64,000 bases of DNA from an uncultured bacterium (GTDB lineage: Bacteria > Patescibacteriota > Minisyncoccia > Phycocordibacterales > UBA9973): positions 7,185 through 71,184 of the forward strand of contig CAIQAL010000001.1 of NCBI GenBank assembly GCA_903869825.1. The letters are read 5' to 3'. This document shows, one piece after another, positions 58,803 through 64,000 of this stretch; position 1 is the first letter of the stretch; each line of letters begins with the position of its first letter. Under the pieces are notes generated by a model. It worked only from the letters and a program-made list of their open reading frames with translations. It was not told the DNA's origin and did no database searches. The translations under genes were made by a program, and so were the position numbers.

Positions 58803-61037
58803 ATGGAAATGCCGAAAATACCTATGAATAAGGATATGACCTATATTGGTTTGACCACTTATCGTGATAAAAACCAGCTTTTTGGGATTAAACGAAAAGA
58901 CCGTCGTCAGCATGTATATTTACTAGGGAAGTCTGGTACCGGTAAATCCGTCCTGATGTTCAATATGATTATCCAGAACATCAAGAATGGCGATGGAGTT
59001 TGTGTAGTTGACCCGCACGGAGAACTCGTGGAAGGAGTTCTTTCTGCTATTCCACCACACCGAATGAAAGATGTTGTTTACTTTAATCCAGCCGATCCGG
59101 ACTATCACATTGGTTTTAATGTGCTTGAACTTATTGACCCGAAATACAAACACCTTATCGCTTCGGGCCTCATGGGAATTTTTACCAAAATTTGGGCGAA
59201 TGCTTGGAGTGCTCGAATGGAATACATTTTGAACAATGCTATTTTGGCTTTGCTTGATACTCCGGGGACGACGATGCTTGGAATCCCGAGAATGCTGGTG
59301 GACAAAGATTATCGCCAGAAAATAATTTCAAATTTAAAAGACCCGGTCATTAAAGCTTTTTGGATTCATGAATATGAAGAATGGCAAGACAAATTTCGAA
59401 ACGAAGCGATTGCTCCTATTCAAAATAAAGTCGGGCAATTTCTTTCGACCCCGATTATCAGAAATGTCGTTGGCCAAGCGGAAAGCACAATAAATATTTT
59501 TGACATAATGAACGAAGGAAAGATTTTCTTAGTGAACGTTTCAAAAGGACGTATCGGAGAAGATAACTCATCGCTTTTGGGAGGAATGATTATTACCAAA
59601 ATTCAGTTGGCTGCAATGGAACGGGTTCGAATTCCGGAAGAGGAACGAAGAGATTTTTATTTGTATGTTGACGAATTTCAAAATTTTGTTACCGATTCTT
59701 TTGCCGGGATATTGTCGGAAGCTAGAAAATACCGCTTAAACTTAACGGTGGCGCACCAGTACACTGCCCAGCTTGTTTCGGACAAAAGTTCCAGTGTTAG
59801 AGATGCTGTTTTCGGAAACGTTGGAACAATGATTGTTTTTCGAGTAGGTTCGGATGACGCAGACTTTTTGGAAAAGGAATTTGATCCAGAATTTACTCCC
59901 CAAGATATTGTAAACTTACCAAACTACAAAATTTATCTTAAATTAATGATTGATGGAGTCACTTCTAGACCATTCTCAGCTAAAACTTTGCCACCAATGG
60001 CGCACGGAGATCCGAAAGTGGAAGAAGAAGTAATAAAAAGTTCTCGTGAACTTTATTGTAAGACAAGAGAAATAGTAGAACGGGAAATAAATAATTGGAG
60101 TGGAATGTCGCTCGGCAATGAGAATGATACTGGAGGGGTTGAAAAGTTTCCTGCGGTTTGTTCAATTTGCAAAAAAGAAACTTTTGTCCCATTTAAACCT
60201 GAACCAGGCAGACCTGTTTACTGTAAGGATTGTATTGCAAAATTAAAATCAGGTGAATTAAAACCAGTCAAGGGTTCGATTAACCAGATCAAATATGATG
60301 AAGGTAAATTCTATAAACCACTGTCGGATCTAGGAATTGAATTTGAACAAAAAACTCCATCAGTGGCGCAAGCAAAAACAATGGAAGGAGATAGATATCC
60401 TGAGAGAACAGACAGAATAGGGCATGTGGATAATAATCAGACAAATGCTCGACCCGGAATTTTCTCCGCAATTAAAAAAGTATTTAATAAAAATGCTATG
60501 CCTGTCGGATTACAACCAAAGGGTAATTTAAATACGCAGCCGGTTAGAAATAATTTTATGAAAAATAAGCCAAAGGCAGTTCATTCAGCTAATGGCAATA
60601 TTGCCTTGAAGGAAATATTGAATAAAACCTTAAATGAAGCTTTGGCCGAAAAAAAACAAGTTCCAGAAATCAAGCCTGAACAGATTGTTAAAGAAAACCC
60701 AAATATTCCAAAACCAATTTCCTTAAATGAACTTAAAACTCAAACACCTGAAGTAACTTTTGTCCCGAAAGATAAATCAGCCAAACCGGAAGATATGAAT
60801 AGATTGAAGAATTTTATAATAGGAAAAAATTTAGAACATAAAGAAGAAGTTGTTCAGACTTCACCTTCCGTCGAACCTATTCCAGTATCAACTTCAACAT
60901 CAATGCCGATACCGGAACCAATTCCTGAACCAATTCCATCTCCGATTCCTCTTGCATTATCACCTGAACAAACACCGGAACCAAAAACTTCAACTAAGGA
61001 AGTGCCTGAAGATGTTCTCAGAAAAATGCTAGAGTAA
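58803..61037 (+). CDS. VirD4/TraG/HerA-like P-loop ATPase with an internal CxxC-x17-CxxC domain and a long low-complexity tail
   Basis: DRRQH.Y.LGKSGTGKS, VDPHGE, LYVDEFQN, SEARKYRL..AHQY, GNVGT; CSIC-x17-CKDC at 60159-60233; start moved to ATG 58803. Confidence 0.88.
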   Translation: MEMPKIPMNKDMTYIGLTTYRDKNQLFGIKRKDRRQHVYLLGKSGTGKSVLMFNMIIQNIKNGDGVCVVDPHGELVEGVLSAIPPHRMKDVVYFNPADPDYHIGFNVLELIDPKYKHLIASGLMGIFTKIWANAWSARMEYILNNAILALLDTPGTTMLGIPRMLVDKDYRQKIISNLKDPVIKAFWIHEYEEWQDKFRNEAIAPIQNKVGQFLSTPIIRNVVGQAESTINIFDIMNEGKIFLVNVSKGRIGEDNSSLLGGMIITKIQLAAMERVRIPEEERRDFYLYVDEFQNFVTDSFAGILSEARKYRLNLTVAHQYTAQLVSDKSSSVRDAVFGNVGTMIVFRVGSDDADFLEKEFDPEFTPQDIVNLPNYKIYLKLMIDGVTSRPFSAKTLPPMAHGDPKVEEEVIKSSRELYCKTREIVEREINNWSGMSLGNENDTGGVEKFPAVCSICKKETFVPFKPEPGRPVYCKDCIAKLKSGELKPVKGSINQIKYDEGKFYKPLSDLGIEFEQKTPSVAQAKTMEGDRYPERTDRIGHVDNNQTNARPGIFSAIKKVFNKNAMPVGLQPKGNLNTQPVRNNFMKNKPKAVHSANGNIALKEILNKTLNEALAEKKQVPEIKPEQIVKENPNIPKPISLNELKTQTPEVTFVPKDKSAKPEDMNRLKNFIIGKNLEHKEEVVQTSPSVEPIPVSTSTSMPIPEPIPEPIPSPIPLALSPEQTPEPKTSTKEVPEDVLRKMLE
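60906..60950 (+). repeat. Degenerate 12-nt coding repeat (PIPE/PIPS x4)
   Basis: ccgataccggaa ccaattcctgaa ccaattccatct ccgattcct. Confidence 0.6.
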
Positions 61038-61071
61038 CACTTCACAAAGCCGTGGTGTGTTCAAAAATTTT

Positions 61072-62823
61072 ATGAATTCGGAAACTAAAACCCCCAATTT
61101 TGATAAATTGTTAGATGAAATTTTAGAAAAAATTGTGCCTCACGAAAGAGAATGTGCACAGAAAGATATCTCAAAATATTGTGAAAAAAAATTCAGAATT
61201 TATGATGAAGATATAAAATTTTATAAATTACTTCGGGTGCCACCCCCAAAGTGTTGTCCGACTTGCCGGCGGCAGAGACGGAATGCCTTTACCAACAGAA
61301 TATATTTATATAAAAGAAAAGATGATGCTCCCGGGAATTCAAAGGAAGTAATATCTTTTGTTCCTCCTGTCTCGCCATTTGTTGTTTATAATTTGGATTA
61401 TTATAGAAGTTCCAAATGGGACCCAATTTCTTTTGCTGTTGACTATGATTTCTCAGTGCCATTTTTTGATCAATTTTTTGATTTACGATTGAAAGTGCCC
61501 CAGTATGCTATTGTACGGGACCCTTCAAGTATTAATAGCGAGTATTCTTTAAATGGGCGTAACTTAAAAAATGGTTATTTAGTGAGTGGTGGAACCGACT
61601 CAGAAAATCTCTGGTATAGTATTTTTATAAAAAATTCAAGGGAAGTTATGGACAGTCATAGTATAGACAAGTGCGAACAGTGCTCTGAAATGATTTTGAC
61701 CAAAAATATGAATCTATGCTTCTATTGTTATTTTTCTTTCAACTGTATCAGTTCTTATTTTTTACTTGATTGTCGTAATTGCCAAAATTGTTTTGGCTGT
61801 TCAAATTTGCGCAATAAAAAATATTGCTTTTTTAATAAACAACTTGGGAAAGTTGAGTACGAAGAAAAAATAAAATCTATGAGATTAGATTCTAGGTCTG
61901 GACTTAAAGATGCAAGAAAAAAATTTTGGGAATTCGTAAAGCAAAATCCAGTAAGAGCTTCTCGTTCCAGCCGGTCAGTAAATTCCAGTGGGTTGGCCAT
62001 TATCAATTCAAGGAATTGTCAGAATGTTATATCTTGTGAAAACGGAGAAAATGAAAGGTATGTCAATATGGTCACTAACCACAAAGACTCGATGGATGTG
62101 TACACTTCAGGTGATTCAGAACTTTTGTATGAAGTATCTTGGGTAGGAGCGGGCGCTTCAAATATTAAATTCTCATTTGGTTCAAAAAATGTTACTAATT
62201 GCGAATTTGTTATTAATTGTCATTATTGTGACAATTGTTTTGCTTGTATCGGACTTGAAAATAAAAAATATCATATTTTAAATCGCCCTTATGGTAGAGA
62301 CGAATATTTCAAAGAATTGGATAAAATTAAGTTATCTCTTTTAAAGAGCGGAGAGTATGGTGAGTTCCTACAGTGTCGATTTAGTACTTTTGCGTACAAT
62401 GGCTCTGAAGCAGATTTATATTTTCCACTTGATCAATACGAGACAAAAAAAATTGGGGCATACTATCAACCTGATAGTGGAATAGAAACACAAGGGATAA
62501 AAATTGCAGAAGCAAAAGATATCCCAGACAAAATAATTGATGTGGAAGATAATATTTTAGACGAAGCAATTACTTGCGAAAAAACCGGTCGCCTTTTTAA
62601 AATTATTAAAAGCGAACTTGATTTCTATAGAAGATATAAGCTACCCATTCCTACCTTTCACCCTTTGGAGCGAATGAAAAGCACTTATTGGTATTTGGTT
62701 GGAGATAATATCGTTTATAAAGATTTTTGTGATAAATGTGGAATTCCGATAGAAACAATCTATAATCCAAAAAATAATTGGAGACTTTATTGTGAAAGTT
62801 GTTATCAAAAAGAGGTATATTAA
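61072..62823 (+). CDS. Cys-rich Zn-ribbon/repeat protein, copy 6
   Basis: VPPPKCCPTCR, DYDFSVPFF.QF, two CF(G/A)C..L..KKY modules, terminal CDKC-x17-CESCYQKEVY; start is ATG 61072 or GTG 61057. Confidence 0.88.
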   Translation: MNSETKTPNFDKLLDEILEKIVPHERECAQKDISKYCEKKFRIYDEDIKFYKLLRVPPPKCCPTCRRQRRNAFTNRIYLYKRKDDAPGNSKEVISFVPPVSPFVVYNLDYYRSSKWDPISFAVDYDFSVPFFDQFFDLRLKVPQYAIVRDPSSINSEYSLNGRNLKNGYLVSGGTDSENLWYSIFIKNSREVMDSHSIDKCEQCSEMILTKNMNLCFYCYFSFNCISSYFLLDCRNCQNCFGCSNLRNKKYCFFNKQLGKVEYEEKIKSMRLDSRSGLKDARKKFWEFVKQNPVRASRSSRSVNSSGLAIINSRNCQNVISCENGENERYVNMVTNHKDSMDVYTSGDSELLYEVSWVGAGASNIKFSFGSKNVTNCEFVINCHYCDNCFACIGLENKKYHILNRPYGRDEYFKELDKIKLSLLKSGEYGEFLQCRFSTFAYNGSEADLYFPLDQYETKKIGAYYQPDSGIETQGIKIAEAKDIPDKIIDVEDNILDEAITCEKTGRLFKIIKSELDFYRRYKLPIPTFHPLERMKSTYWYLVGDNIVYKDFCDKCGIPIETIYNPKNNWRLYCESCYQKEVY

Positions 62824-62887
62824 CGGCGGCGGGATTTTTGTGCTTATTTTGAAAAAGACGGAAAAAGTGGTAAAATAGCAGAATATT

Positions 62888-64000
62888 ATGCCAAAACCGA
62901 ATCGAGTTCAAATAATCAAATATGCGCCACCCCCACCGGAATTACCGGTTTTTGGTAAGGTGAAACCGGAAGAAGTTTCTTTTATTGGGCGCACGAACTA
63001 TGTGGCAGCTCTCGAGGAAAAGAAATTTATTTTTGGATTAAAGCGAGTTGATCGAAGGAGGCATTTATATATTATTGGGAAGTCAGGGGTGGGGAAAACA
63101 AAACTACTGGAACTATTTATTCGCCAGGATATCACTTACAATCACGGACTGTGTTTGATTGACCCTCACGGAGATGTTATCGAAGGCGTACTTGATTACA
63201 TTCCGAAAGAAAGAATGGAAGATGTATGTATTATCGATCCGACAGATACTGAATTCCCTGCATCATTTAATCCACTTGCGAACGTTGACCCATTGTTTAA
63301 ATTTCAGTTGACTCAAGGGTTGATTGAAGTCTTCCAGAAACAATTTGGAGCCAATTGGACACCTCGCCTCGAACACGTTTTCCGTTTTACCTGTCTTGCA
63401 TTGCTTGATTATCCACATGCCACGATGCGAGGAATGATTTCAATGTTGACCGACCGAAATTATCGACAGAAGGTAGTGGAATATATTACAGACGATATGG
63501 TAAAAAGATTCTTCGCTATTGAATTCGCGGACTGGTCCGAGAAATTCGATACTGATGCTATTATTCCACTTGTAAACAAGCTCGGTCAATTTCTGTCCGA
63601 TCCGCTCTTACGTAATATTTTTGGACAAAAAGAAAACAAGATTGATATTAGTCAATTAATGAATGATGAAAAAATCATTCTGATTAATTTATCAAAAGGG
63701 CGCTTAGGAGAAGAAAATTCAAGTTTCTTGGGATCAATTTTCTTGACTAAAATCAAGCAAGCAGGGATGGAGCGGGCGGCTATCCCAGAATCAGAACGTA
63801 AAGATTTCTATCTGTACGTGGACGAGTTTCAAAACGTGGTGACTCAGACATTTGAAAACATTTTATCGGAAGCCAGAAAGTATGCCCTGAATCTGACTAT
63901 CGCGCATCAGTATGTCGGTCAGATTATCCCTCGAGTACATCAAGCAGTGCTCGGGAACTGTGGTTCCGTTATTACTTTCCGTATTGGGGGGGAAGACGCG
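62888..64000 (+). CDS. Second VirD4/TraG-like ATPase (3' end outside the window; not in the ORF track)
   Basis: MPKPNRVQIIKYAPPPPELP..., DRRRHLYIIGKSGVGKTKL, IDPHGD, FYLYVDEFQN, SEARKYALNL..AHQY. Confidence 0.9.
   Translation, partial: MPKPNRVQIIKYAPPPPELPVFGKVKPEEVSFIGRTNYVAALEEKKFIFGLKRVDRRRHLYIIGKSGVGKTKLLELFIRQDITYNHGLCLIDPHGDVIEGVLDYIPKERMEDVCIIDPTDTEFPASFNPLANVDPLFKFQLTQGLIEVFQKQFGANWTPRLEHVFRFTCLALLDYPHATMRGMISMLTDRNYRQKVVEYITDDMVKRFFAIEFADWSEKFDTDAIIPLVNKLGQFLSDPLLRNIFGQKENKIDISQLMNDEKIILINLSKGRLGEENSSFLGSIFLTKIKQAGMERAAIPESERKDFYLYVDEFQNVVTQTFENILSEARKYALNLTIAHQYVGQIIPRVHQAVLGNCGSVITFRIGGEDA

Noticed and set aside
758-62911. Numerous antisense or out-of-frame ORFs in the track (e.g. 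8064-8492, 13546-14046, 23618-24181, 56979-57590)
   Set aside because: They are shadows of well-supported genes and carry no recognisable motifs.
1-64000. Alternative genetic code (TGA=Gly as in Gracilibacteria/Absconditabacteria) or stop readthrough
   Set aside because: Conserved genes are full length under code 11, TGA ends genes at tight junctions (2441, 3910, 4470), and the split genes are frameshifts rather than in-frame stops.
58803-64000. Conjugative element (ICE)
   Set aside because: No relaxase, integrase or att repeats seen; the ATPases follow dnaK among core genes. Sequence beyond 64000 is not visible.

Overview
AT-rich bacterial chromosome segment in the standard genetic code (TGA is used as stop), with almost all genes on the + strand. 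The gene repertoire points to a CPR/Patescibacteria genome, probably Parcubacteria (Nomurabacteria-like); this is inferred from the short IF2, AlaRS and L13, the tandem VirB2-like pilins, the PaaX/Cas2-like regulator, the sigma4/HARE-HTH protein and the FtsA-like plus baseplate-J-like pair. Core genes are murD, murC, rpsA, gyrA, rbfA, infB, iscS, clpB, mgtA, typA, mltG, mnmA, alaS, infA-rpmJ-rpsM-rpsK-rpsD-rpoA-rplQ-rplM-rpsI, grpE and dnaK, plus five tRNAs. Main signals: (1) six dispersed copies of a ~570-600 aa Cys-rich protein family (Zn ribbon, two Cys-rich repeat modules, Zn ribbon, C-terminal CxxC-x17-CxxC ending in EVY/EIN/NIN). The copies are wedged into housekeeping operons and two are frameshifted. 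(2) The same CxxC-x17-CxxC Zn motif occurs inside a VirD4/TraG-like ATPase, one family copy lies between two such ATPases, and a five-gene pilin array is also present, suggesting a candidate export or host-interaction system. (3) A PaaX/Cas2-like wHTH gene sits back-to-back with dnaK around a palindromic operator, and no CIRCE is visible. (4) About 16 genes have a -10 box 6-9 nt before the start codon and no Shine-Dalgarno, consistent with leaderless transcription. (5) Structured leaders precede rpsA and one pilin gene. All calls come from reading motifs by eye; no searches were run.
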